From NCBI GenBank assembly GCA_016234365.1, contig JACRER010000080.1:2619-66618 (forward strand): a DNA stretch of 64,000 nt, in the 5' to 3' direction. This DNA comes from Elusimicrobiota bacterium (GTDB lineage: Bacteria; Elusimicrobiota; Elusimicrobia; Elusimicrobiales; UBA9959). Shown here piece by piece: positions 11,201-18,477 of this stretch (positions within the stretch are counted from its first letter, which is position 1; every line of letters begins with the position of its first letter). The position numbers and the translations under genes are program-made. The notes under the pieces are model-generated. The model was given only the letters and a program-made list of their open reading frames with translations. It was not told where the DNA came from and made no database searches.

Positions 11201-11754
11201 TCTACCGCCGCTCCAAGGACGACGTGCGCGTGATAGAGGTGCGTTCCGCCTGGGCGGAATTCGAGCCGGTCACCCTGCCCGAGACCGAGGTGGAGAGCTA
11301 CCCGGACAAGGCCAAGTTCCTCGCCCGCGTAAAAGAGGCTTCCGCGGCCCTGCTGAAGGCCCGCTACGACTACTTCAAGGATTACTTCGGCAAGGTGCTG
11401 GCGGAGAATCCCGCCGACATGGACGCCAATATCAACCTCGGCATGCTGACCGCCCGCAACGGCGAGTCCGCCGAGGCGGTAAAGTATTTCAACGCGGTGC
11501 TCGCCAAGGAGCCGTTCAACGCCGCCGCGCTCAACGACCTGGGCAACGTCTCATTCCTGGACAAGAAATACGACGACGCCAAAAAGTATTATTTCGACGC
11601 CGCCAAGGCCGACCCGTACGACGCGGAGATCTGGCTTAACCTGGCGCGCGTTTCCGACAAGCTGGGCAAAAAGGACGACGTGAAGGCCTTCGCCGAGCGC
11701 GCTGCCAAGATAGACCCGGCCGTAAAGAGTACGGGCGATAAGCTGCTGAAATGA
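8284..11754 (+). CDS. large secreted mosaic protein: two NHL-repeat beta-propellers + Fn3 + transglutaminase-like cysteine-protease core + TPR
   Basis: Signal peptide MKRHFLISAAFFLLAGSAAA. About 10 NHL repeats (LYVADTGNSRIVVFDPDGKF, IYVADTGNDRVQIFNADGTY and others). An Fn3-like segment (VKLFWKAKANAWTNGSKIYRRKG...ATYYYYAAGL). A Cys/His/Asp core RSGDCDDLTALFASILEASGVKTALLDYPAHIALMFD. C-terminal TPRs. Confidence 0.85.
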   Translation: MKRHFLISAAFFLLAGSAAAYEKIEFKAQFLSAAFLKPAAVAVDSGKTFVADSKANAIFVFDETGKQLKKIEGALKGPEALAFGGGRLYVADTGNSRIVVFDPDGKFLWAFSGDGSAPGQLDAPRGLAYGPDSRLYVSNTGNSRVDVFNSDGIYLYGFAAAKTDGITKLNPAKLSLNQAGDIFVSDPDKALLQKYDRTGKLLKEYQLPNDGAVADKRGQLYIINSREGKVSEYTDGGEKVGTFGTKGKGKMEFKNLRDIAIDGAGNLYLCDDENKKVVAINLESAETGPELPLASILDRFTVKGPVAKAAFKADVFAVTPEGKIVAYMPEAKEIVLIENGTKKTLVREGKLQGQVRAPKGIFIDPKGLIYVADTGNDRVQIFNADGTYNNMFGESGSGDGQFKSPSAVAVNAKGNIYVADTRNRKVKAFSPDGIFLFAVGPEVGNLILSNPVSVRCDENKNVYVLDSALKKVVVLDSMGKFLRIWDDSGALQDPASLTYDNKGFFYILDRGTFNVKIFDADGRFTASFFAKGRGERELWAPQYMAFRNDKIYISDMENARILGFDISYLPEEPFDLKGTALENSVKLFWKAKANAWTNGSKIYRRKGLDGELVEVGAPKEKTFEDTSLTPDATYYYYAAGLSVTGVRGGLSAPFEVYYKGPEAAAAAPEAVVDNKNVAPMEIVAPELNYIFSANYKYYQKNPVGKIAVKNNTDSDFSNVKLSFFFKDFMDFPSDTVVPLVKARSQADVDLSATLNNRVLSITEDTPIQCQLTLTYYQDGAEKTFTLNKPVKVLSKNAIVWDKPQRLANFITPKDTPVFGFSRFALNEKGKFEDETEFLNGDTLTALMVWEALGEHGLSYLSDPVSPYAVLKSSREVVLDTVQFPRSTLKLRSGDCDDLTALFASILEASGVKTALLDYPAHIALMFDTGATDAREVGIPEEYLIKYNNTWWVGLETTMVGKDFYEAVKHEADLYRRSKDDVRVIEVRSAWAEFEPVTLPETEVESYPDKAKFLARVKEASAALLKARYDYFKDYFGKVLAENPADMDANINLGMLTARNGESAEAVKYFNAVLAKEPFNAAALNDLGNVSFLDKKYDDAKKYYFDAAKADPYDAEIWLNLARVSDKLGKKDDVKAFAERAAKIDPAVKSTGDKLLK

Positions 11755-11765
11755 GGGGAGGGAAC

Positions 11766-12293
11766 ATGAAGAAGATACTTTTAACGCTTGCGCTGGTGTT
11801 CTCCGTGAACTCCGTCTACGCCGCCGACAAGGGCGACTGGAAGGATTGGTATTCCGGCATGCTCAAGGGCCTCAGGGCCAAGGTGGAGAAGAAACTGGAA
11901 TCCAAGAACCGCGTTACCGCCGTGGCCGCCGTGCGCGGCGCCAAGCAGGGCGGGGACCCGCGCGCCCTTTACTGGAAGGGCGGCGTATCCGAGGCCGCCA
12001 GCAAAAAGCTGGAGGCCGAGAAAAAGCAGCTTACCGACGCGCTGCAGCTGGTGATGGACGGCAGCCTGCCGGAAGGCAAGGCCGCCATCGGCAAGTTCAT
12101 AAAAGAGAACCCGGAGAGCGTTTACCTGCCGGAGGCCAAAGAGGCGCTGGAGCGCCTGCCGGCCGAAGAGGCCAAGCCCGCGGAGGTGAAGCCCGGCGAG
12201 GCCAAGCCTGTGGAAGCTAAACCCGCCGAAACTAAGCCCGCGGCGGACAAGCCGGCGGAGAAAGCCCCGGAAGCGCCCAAGGCCGGCAACTGA
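11766..12293 (+). CDS. small secreted protein with low-complexity (A/E)KP-rich C-terminus
   Basis: ORF 11751..12293 trimmed to MKKILLTLALVFSVNSVYA (signal peptide). It starts 12 nt after the NHL gene stop. The tail reads AKPAEVKPGEAKPVEAKPAETKPAADKPAEKAPEAPKA. Confidence 0.65.
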   Translation: MKKILLTLALVFSVNSVYAADKGDWKDWYSGMLKGLRAKVEKKLESKNRVTAVAAVRGAKQGGDPRALYWKGGVSEAASKKLEAEKKQLTDALQLVMDGSLPEGKAAIGKFIKENPESVYLPEAKEALERLPAEEAKPAEVKPGEAKPVEAKPAETKPAADKPAEKAPEAPKAGN

Positions 12294-12306
12294 CGGCTCG
12301 CCCGCA

Positions 12307-12341
12307 AATAAAAAGCCCCGCTTCCATGCGGGGCTTTTTTA
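12307..12341. terminator. bidirectional intrinsic terminator
   Basis: aaataaaaaGCCCCGCttccatGCGGGGCtttttt lies between convergent genes. An A-run precedes the stem and a T-run follows it. Confidence 0.85.
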
Positions 12342-12356
12342 TTGGGGTGGAGGAGG

Positions 12357-13307
12357 TCAATCGTCCGGGGTTTCCTGCGGGGCGGGAGCGGCCGCCGGGG
12401 CGGTGCCGGTTGTTGGCGCCGGAGGCGGCAGCCAGGACCGCGACGCCTCGGCCGGCTTTATGGGTTCCGAAGGCTGGGTAACGGGCTGGCCGTCCTTCTT
12501 CTGCGACTCGGGCACTACCCAGGTATTGTCCGGCTTTTCCGGCACGATGCCGGCCGCGTTGTCCGCGGGGCCCTGGCCGGGCAGCCAGGTGCGGTCCGGC
12601 GGCAGCGGGGGGCCGGGCATGGGCACGGCGGGCTCGTTCTTTGCGGCGGCTTTGGGCAGTTCCGCCGGCACGCCGCCGGCGGCTTTCAGCCTGGTGTAGA
12701 CGTCAGTGGCGGAGCGCCAGAGCATCTGGCGCAGCAGCGAGGTTTCCTTGCGTCCAGGAGGGGCGAACGGGTAAAGCGGCATCATCAGCAGGTGGAAGGT
12801 GGTCTTGTTGGTGCCTTCGGTTTCCACGCGTACCTGTTTCTCGGGCGCCGCGAAATCCGCGGTCAGGTAATAGTTCTCGCGCAGCGACGCCGGGATGATG
12901 AAGATGAACCCGGTATCTACCAGGAAAGACTTGAAAAGGTCCCCGTAGGTCCACTTGCCCAGGGTGGTCAGTTCCAGGCGCAGGGCCCCGCGCCCGCGGC
13001 CCTGGTCGTACAGGCCGGCTTCGCCGAACACCTGCCGGGCCAGTTCCGCGAAGTCCGCGGCGGCTCCCGGCTCGGCCTGGACCGGCTTTATGACGGTCGG
13101 CCTGGAGATGGAGCCCTCGCCTATGGAATCCGTAGGCGCCCGGTAAGGGAAGACGCGCCAGGACACCTGTACGTCCGCGAACGGGGTTATTTCCCGGTCC
13201 GCCAGCATGGCGGCGGCGGTTTCGCGCCGCACCTTGATGTCCCCGGAATTGAACGAGGCGCAGCCGCACAGCGCGGCGGCGGCCAGTAAAAAGGTAAGTT
13301 TCTTCAT
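12357..13307 (-). CDS. lipoprotein of unknown function with Pro-rich C-terminal tail
   Basis: MKKLTFLLAAAALCGCASF lipobox. 316 aa. No recognisable catalytic motif. Confidence 0.7.
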   Translation of the reverse strand: MKKLTFLLAAAALCGCASFNSGDIKVRRETAAAMLADREITPFADVQVSWRVFPYRAPTDSIGEGSISRPTVIKPVQAEPGAAADFAELARQVFGEAGLYDQGRGRGALRLELTTLGKWTYGDLFKSFLVDTGFIFIIPASLRENYYLTADFAAPEKQVRVETEGTNKTTFHLLMMPLYPFAPPGRKETSLLRQMLWRSATDVYTRLKAAGGVPAELPKAAAKNEPAVPMPGPPLPPDRTWLPGQGPADNAAGIVPEKPDNTWVVPESQKKDGQPVTQPSEPIKPAEASRSWLPPPAPTTGTAPAAAPAPQETPDD

Positions 13308-13413
13308 TATGCTCCGGCTGAGGCGGGCCTGATTTAACTCATATGAAACGGCCCGCTATTTTTACTATATTATATTATCAGGTCGTTTTCTTCAATACGT
13401 TCACGGGGAACCT

Positions 13414-14610
13414 ATGGCGCAAAAAAAGATAGAGAGGGTGATCAGGGCGGAGGGCAAGCCCGACGTGGTGATCCGCCTGGCCAAGGTGCAGGACATGCGC
13501 CGCATCCAGATGCTTTACGCCGAGGTCTACGGCGGCTCCTATTCCGTGCCTATAGTCACGGACAAGGAGAAGATGCGCCGGGCCATAGAGGATAACGAGT
13601 ATTACTGGCTGGTGGCGGAATGCCAGGGCCGCGTAGTGGGCAGCCTGGTCTACGCGCTGGACCTGTATTACCGCAACTCAAAAGCCTTCGGCGCGGTGGT
13701 GAGCCAGGAATTCCGCAAGCTGGACCTGGCCTACACCATGATGAAACTGGTGCTCGACGACATCACGCATACCAAGGACCTCGTAGACCTGGTTTACGCC
13801 ACCACCCGCACCGCCAATTACGCTCCGCAGAAGCTGACCGAGAGCCTGGGCTTCATAAAGCTGGGGATCTTCCCCAATACGCACAAGGTGCAGGACAACG
13901 AGACGCACTGCCTGACCGGTTACTTCACCGAGAAGGCGCTGCAGCGCCGGCGCCAGCGGCCCCGCATCATCCCTGAGGTGGCGCCTTTCTACGACATCGT
14001 GCGGCGCCAGATCAACCTGGATAAACCCCAGATAAAGGACGTCAAAGGGGACTACAGCGACCACGCCCGCAAGATCCCGCTGCTCCACTTCGAGGCCATT
14101 ACCGCCCCGGAGTTCGTGAAGAACCGCTGGAAGAAGACCCGGAGCAACAGCTTCTTCGAGCACATCTTCATGCCGTTCCACGAGCCAAATTTGATCCTGA
14201 TAACGCCGGACCAGGGCACCGAGGTGTACCTTACCTTCAACCAGAAGGACAAGTACAGCGTGGTGGTGGGCGGCGTGACCAACGAGCGGAGCTTTGCGGT
14301 GGTGCTGGAAAGCATAGCGCAGAAGGTGAGCGCCATGGACATGGCCTACGTGGAGGTCATTATAGACGGCTACGCGCCCCACATCCAGCGCGACGCCCTG
14401 GACGCGCGCTTTATCCCCAGCGCTTATTTTCCCTGCGCCAAGCGCATGGGCGGCAAGCGCTACGACTGCATCGTCTTCTCGCGTACGTTCGACATGCTGG
14501 ACTTCCGCAACGTCAAGATCATCTCGCTCTACAAGAACTTCCTCAAGGAATACCTGAAGCTCTGGCGCGAGAACTATATAGAACTGGCCTTCAAGACCGA
14601 GCCGAAATAA
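13414..14610 (+). CDS. GNAT-fold acyltransferase-like protein with ~220-aa C-terminal extension
   Basis: The N-terminal ~170 aa look like a GNAT domain (VVIRLAKVQDMRRIQMLYAEVYGG...WLVAECQGRVVGSLVYA...TESLGFIKLGIFPN). The acetyl-CoA P-loop-like segment is degenerate (QEFRKLDLAYTMM). It is the first gene of a coupled operon. Confidence 0.65.
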   Translation: MAQKKIERVIRAEGKPDVVIRLAKVQDMRRIQMLYAEVYGGSYSVPIVTDKEKMRRAIEDNEYYWLVAECQGRVVGSLVYALDLYYRNSKAFGAVVSQEFRKLDLAYTMMKLVLDDITHTKDLVDLVYATTRTANYAPQKLTESLGFIKLGIFPNTHKVQDNETHCLTGYFTEKALQRRRQRPRIIPEVAPFYDIVRRQINLDKPQIKDVKGDYSDHARKIPLLHFEAITAPEFVKNRWKKTRSNSFFEHIFMPFHEPNLILITPDQGTEVYLTFNQKDKYSVVVGGVTNERSFAVVLESIAQKVSAMDMAYVEVIIDGYAPHIQRDALDARFIPSAYFPCAKRMGGKRYDCIVFSRTFDMLDFRNVKIISLYKNFLKEYLKLWRENYIELAFKTEPK

Positions 14611-14618
14611 GAGGAGCC

Positions 14619-15788
14619 ATGGCCGACCTTTCCGTTGAAGATAAGCTGCCGCCGGTGTATAAGCCGCTCAAGAGCCGCGCCGCCGTGGACGCGCTGTTCG
14701 AGACGCCGGCGTTCGGCTATTCCCCGAAAACCTCGAAGGCCTTCCTGGCCGCCATGCGCGCCGCGCTGGCCTTCCAGGGCGGCCGTGCCCCGGTGCTGAA
14801 AGCGCTCTACAAAGCGGAAGGCTTCCGCCCGGCGTCGGTCAGGGCGGAAAAAGACGTGGCGGGCATCCCTTACGTTTTCGTTGCCGCGCTCAAAGAGCGG
14901 GACCTTACCACCCTGCCTTATTCGAAGATAGTGCTGGAGCTCAAATCCAGCGGCACTTCGGGCCAGCGCAGCCGCATGCAGCTGGATAAGGGCTCGCTGA
15001 TGCGCGTGCGGCGCATGGCCTGGAAGGTCTTCGAGGGCCTTGGCCTGACGGACCTGGAGCGCGCGCACGACTATATCTGCTTTACGTACGACCCGGAGGT
15101 CGCCAAAGACCTGGGCACCGCCTGGACGGACAAGCTGCTGAGCGGTTTCACCAAAAAAGGCGAGATCTTCTACACGTTCCGCTGGAGCAAGGCGAAGAAC
15201 GATTTTTATTTCGACATCGACGGCGCGGTCTCGGCCATGAAGAAGTTCGAGGCGGCCGGCTCGCTGGTGCGGCTGGTGGGGTTCCCGGCCTTCGCGCTGA
15301 AACTCACCGAAGAGTTCAAGAAACGCTTCGGCCGCTATCCGCGCCTGAACCCGGAGTCCAGCGTGGTGACCGGCGGCGGCTGGAAGACCCTGGCCGACGA
15401 GGCCATGGACAAGAAGGTGTACCGCAAGATCCTGGCGGACAACCTGGGTATCCCCGTGGCCAACGTGCGCGACCTGTTCGGCATGGTGGAGCACGGCGTG
15501 CCGTACGTGGACTGCCGGCTGGGCAATTTCCATATTCCCAATTACGGCCGCGTCATAGCGCGGCATCCCGGCACGCTGGCGCCGCTGGGGTATAACAAGG
15601 CCGGCCTGCTGCAGTTCATTACCCCGTACCTGACCAGCTACCCGTCGCTTTCGGTGCTGTCCTCGGATTTCGGCCTGGTGCGGCCCAAGTGCTCCTGCGG
15701 CCTGAGCGGCCCGGTGCTCGAGATCCACGGCCGCGCCGGCGTGAAGAAGCTGAAGGGCTGCGCCATAAGCGCCGCCACCATGCTATGA
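14619..15788 (+). CDS. LuxE-like acyl-protein synthetase (adenylate-forming)
   Basis: About 389 aa. IPYVFVAALKERDLTTL...LKSSGTSGQRSRMQLD matches the LuxE-family FK...SSGTTG..S.h adenylation motif. An AGGAG Shine-Dalgarno lies 8 nt after the upstream stop. Confidence 0.7.
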   Translation: MADLSVEDKLPPVYKPLKSRAAVDALFETPAFGYSPKTSKAFLAAMRAALAFQGGRAPVLKALYKAEGFRPASVRAEKDVAGIPYVFVAALKERDLTTLPYSKIVLELKSSGTSGQRSRMQLDKGSLMRVRRMAWKVFEGLGLTDLERAHDYICFTYDPEVAKDLGTAWTDKLLSGFTKKGEIFYTFRWSKAKNDFYFDIDGAVSAMKKFEAAGSLVRLVGFPAFALKLTEEFKKRFGRYPRLNPESSVVTGGGWKTLADEAMDKKVYRKILADNLGIPVANVRDLFGMVEHGVPYVDCRLGNFHIPNYGRVIARHPGTLAPLGYNKAGLLQFITPYLTSYPSLSVLSSDFGLVRPKCSCGLSGPVLEIHGRAGVKKLKGCAISAATML

Positions 15789-18427
15789 AAATACACAACA
15801 CCTATTTGTTCGGCAAAGCCTGCGACAAGGCCGCGTGGACCCCGGCGGAGCTGGAAGAACTGGGGCTGAAGGCGCAGAAGGCGCGCGCGCTGATGCGCGG
15901 CGCGTCCCGCGATTACATAGTCACCACGCTGGCCAAGGCCGGCGCCCTGTTCGAGAAAGGCGGCAAGTACCGCAAGGCCGCCCTCGCCCACCTCAAAGAC
16001 CACATCGCGTTCTCCCCGCCGGTCATAGACAAGAGCCTGGACGTGATCCCGGAGCTGCTCAACCGCCAGGGCATGAACAAGCGCATGAACATGGAACTGT
16101 TCCTGCCGTACGCGCTGGAAGCGCCGGTGGAGCGCCGCGGTTACGACGGGCTGGTGCGCGCCGCCCCGAAAGGCGTGGTGCTGCACGTCGGGGCCGGCAA
16201 CGTGTTCCTGGGCATCCTCGATTCCATGGTGATAGGTTTCCTCACCAAGAACGTCAATATCGTCAAGCTTTCCTCTTCGGGCTCCAACTTCATCAACCTC
16301 TTCATGGAGGCGCTGAAGGAAGTGGACGAGAAAGGCATCCTTTCGAAATGCGCCGCCATAGTCAGCTGGAAGGGCGGCAGCCAGGCGCTGGAGGAAGCGG
16401 CGCTTAAAAACGTGAACGCGGTCTTCGTGTGGGGCGGTTACGACGCGGTGCAGTCCTACCGCAGGATAGCCCCCATAGACGTGCGCGTGGAAGGCTTCGG
16501 CCCCAAGACCAGCGTGGGCGTGGTGTTCGCCAGCTGCGTGGACAACGAGGGAATGGGCGCGGTGGCGCAGCGCGCCGCCACGGACGCCTCCCTGTGGGAC
16601 CAGGCCGCCTGCTCGTCGCTGCATACCCTTTATTTCATAGCCCCGGCCAAACGGCACAAGGAGCTGGCGGGGTCTTTTCTGAAAGAAGCGAAAGGGCATT
16701 TTGCCCGGCTGGCCAAAGAGCTGCCGCCCGGCAAGCTTTCGCCCGACGAACAGGTGGAGATAAACAAGGCACGCGAACTGGCCCGCGTGGACGCGGCGCT
16801 GGGCAACGCCTCTTTCGCCAGTTCCAAACCTTCCACCGACTGGACCGTGATCTACGAAACCGACCCGGTGTACCGGGTATCCCCGCTCAACCGGGTGCTT
16901 TACGTGAAGACCGTGGAGAGCCTGGAAGAAGTGCGCGAACGCCTGATGCCGCTGCGCGGCTATATCCAGACCGTGGGCGTGGGCGGCTCCATAGAGCGCA
17001 AGAAGGTTCTGGAGACGCTGGCCCCTGCCGGCATAGCCCGCGTGGTAAAGCTCGGCAAGATGCTGGAGGAGGCCAACGGCTCCCCGCACGACGGGATCTA
17101 CCCCATGATGTCGCTGGTCAACTGGCTGCCCATAGAGGAAAAGCCCTCCCAGCTGGACCGCCTGAGCGAACTGGTGGAGCACGCCCGCAACCGCAGTCCC
17201 TTTTACGGCCGGCATTTTAAGGGCGTGCCGCGCATCACCGCCCTGGACGATTTCCTGAAAGTCCCGTTCCTGGAAAAGCACCACGTTCTGGAGAACACGC
17301 CTCCGGACAGCGCGGACCTGCTGACCTCCAAGGTGCAGCGCGGCATCTTCTTTGCGAGCGGCGGAAGCACCGGCCAGCCGAAATACGTTTTTTACGACCA
17401 GCACGAATACGACCACACGTGCCGGATGCTGGGCTTCACGCTGGAGGCCGCGGGCCTTAGCGAGAAGGACGTCATCGCCAACCTGTTCATAGCCGGCAAC
17501 CTCTGGTCCAGCTGGCTTTCCGTGGAGAAAGCCATCGCCTATACCAAGGCCATCTCCGTGCCGGTGGGCAGCAACCTGCCGCTGGAAAATATCGTGGGCT
17601 ACCTGGAGGACTTCCAGGTTACGGCCATCATAGGCCTGCCCTCCTTCCTCGTCAAACTGGCGGAGTTCGCCAGGGCGAACAAAAGCAAGTACAAACTGAA
17701 TATCAAACGGATCTTCTACGGCGGCGAGTACGTGGGTTCGGAGATGGTGAAGTTCTTCAAGGGCGTGTTCCCCGGGGTGGACGTGCGCTCGGCGGGCTAT
17801 GCCACGGCGGACGCCGGCGTGATAGGTTTTCAGTGCCCGGTCTGCGTAAAGGGGCAGCACCACCTGTTCGCCTACAGCCAGTTCATAGAGTTCGTGGACC
17901 AGGATACCCTGAAGCCCGTGAAGCAAGGCGAGATAGGGGAGCTGGTGGTGACGGGGCTTTCTAAAAAGCACATGCCCATCATCCGCTACCGCGTGGGCGA
18001 CCTGGGCCGCTGGCTCATGAAGCCGTGCGCGTGCGGCCGCAAAGAACCTTTGTTCGAGATCCTCGGCCGCTGCGACGACCGCATCCACGTCGGCGGCGCG
18101 CACCTGTTCGTCAACGATATCCAGAACGCTTTGGGCAAGGTGCCGGACCTGACCTTCAATTTCCAGGTCGTTATAGGCAAGAAAGGCCACCGGGACACTC
18201 TGGCCATCCGCGTAGAGGTAAAAGACCCGGCCGCGCTGGCGCGGGCGGGGGAACTGGCGGACCTGCTGTGGCGGCAGGTAGAGCAGCACTGCGAAGACCT
18301 GCACGAAAGCGTGCGGATGAGGTGGCTGGATAAGCCGGTCATCGAAGTGCTCAAGCCCGGGACCATCGAGCGCGTACTGCGGACCGGCAAGATCCGTAAG
18401 GTGATAGACAAGCGCGTTAAGGTTTAA
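15785..18427 (+). CDS. fusion protein: LuxC-like acyl-CoA/acyl-protein reductase (N) + PaaK/F390-synthetase-like adenylating enzyme (C)
   Basis: ORF 15689..18427 trimmed to MKIHNTYLFG at 15785 (ATGA overlap with the upstream stop). N-terminal half: VVLHVGAGNVFLGILDSMVIGFLTKNVNIVKLSSSGS and the Cys motif WDQAACSSLHTLYF, as in LuxC. C-terminal half: FASGGSTGQPKYVFYD, YGGEYVG, YATADAGVIGFQC, GELVVTGLSKKHMPIIRYRVGDLGRW, as in phenylacetate-CoA ligase-like enzymes. Confidence 0.7.
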   Translation: MKIHNTYLFGKACDKAAWTPAELEELGLKAQKARALMRGASRDYIVTTLAKAGALFEKGGKYRKAALAHLKDHIAFSPPVIDKSLDVIPELLNRQGMNKRMNMELFLPYALEAPVERRGYDGLVRAAPKGVVLHVGAGNVFLGILDSMVIGFLTKNVNIVKLSSSGSNFINLFMEALKEVDEKGILSKCAAIVSWKGGSQALEEAALKNVNAVFVWGGYDAVQSYRRIAPIDVRVEGFGPKTSVGVVFASCVDNEGMGAVAQRAATDASLWDQAACSSLHTLYFIAPAKRHKELAGSFLKEAKGHFARLAKELPPGKLSPDEQVEINKARELARVDAALGNASFASSKPSTDWTVIYETDPVYRVSPLNRVLYVKTVESLEEVRERLMPLRGYIQTVGVGGSIERKKVLETLAPAGIARVVKLGKMLEEANGSPHDGIYPMMSLVNWLPIEEKPSQLDRLSELVEHARNRSPFYGRHFKGVPRITALDDFLKVPFLEKHHVLENTPPDSADLLTSKVQRGIFFASGGSTGQPKYVFYDQHEYDHTCRMLGFTLEAAGLSEKDVIANLFIAGNLWSSWLSVEKAIAYTKAISVPVGSNLPLENIVGYLEDFQVTAIIGLPSFLVKLAEFARANKSKYKLNIKRIFYGGEYVGSEMVKFFKGVFPGVDVRSAGYATADAGVIGFQCPVCVKGQHHLFAYSQFIEFVDQDTLKPVKQGEIGELVVTGLSKKHMPIIRYRVGDLGRWLMKPCACGRKEPLFEILGRCDDRIHVGGAHLFVNDIQNALGKVPDLTFNFQVVIGKKGHRDTLAIRVEVKDPAALARAGELADLLWRQVEQHCEDLHESVRMRWLDKPVIEVLKPGTIERVLRTGKIRKVIDKRVKV

Positions 18428-18477
18428 GCTTGTGAGAGAGCGAACATGAGAACTTTGAATTTACTTCAGGAGAACCT

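Noticed and set aside
12140-12290. Apparent DNA tandem repeat encoding AKPAEVKPGEAKPVEAKPAETKPAADKPAEKAPEAPKA.
   Set aside because: At the nucleotide level the units are irregular in length and sequence. This is a low-complexity protein tail, not a defined tandem repeat locus.
13322-13378. Hairpin gcgggcc-N20-ggcccgc followed by tatttttactatattatattat, upstream of the GNAT-like operon.
   Set aside because: It looks terminator-like, but no gene reads into it on the plus strand. The AT-rich part probably holds the -10 region of the operon promoter, but I could not identify a convincing -35/-10 pair.
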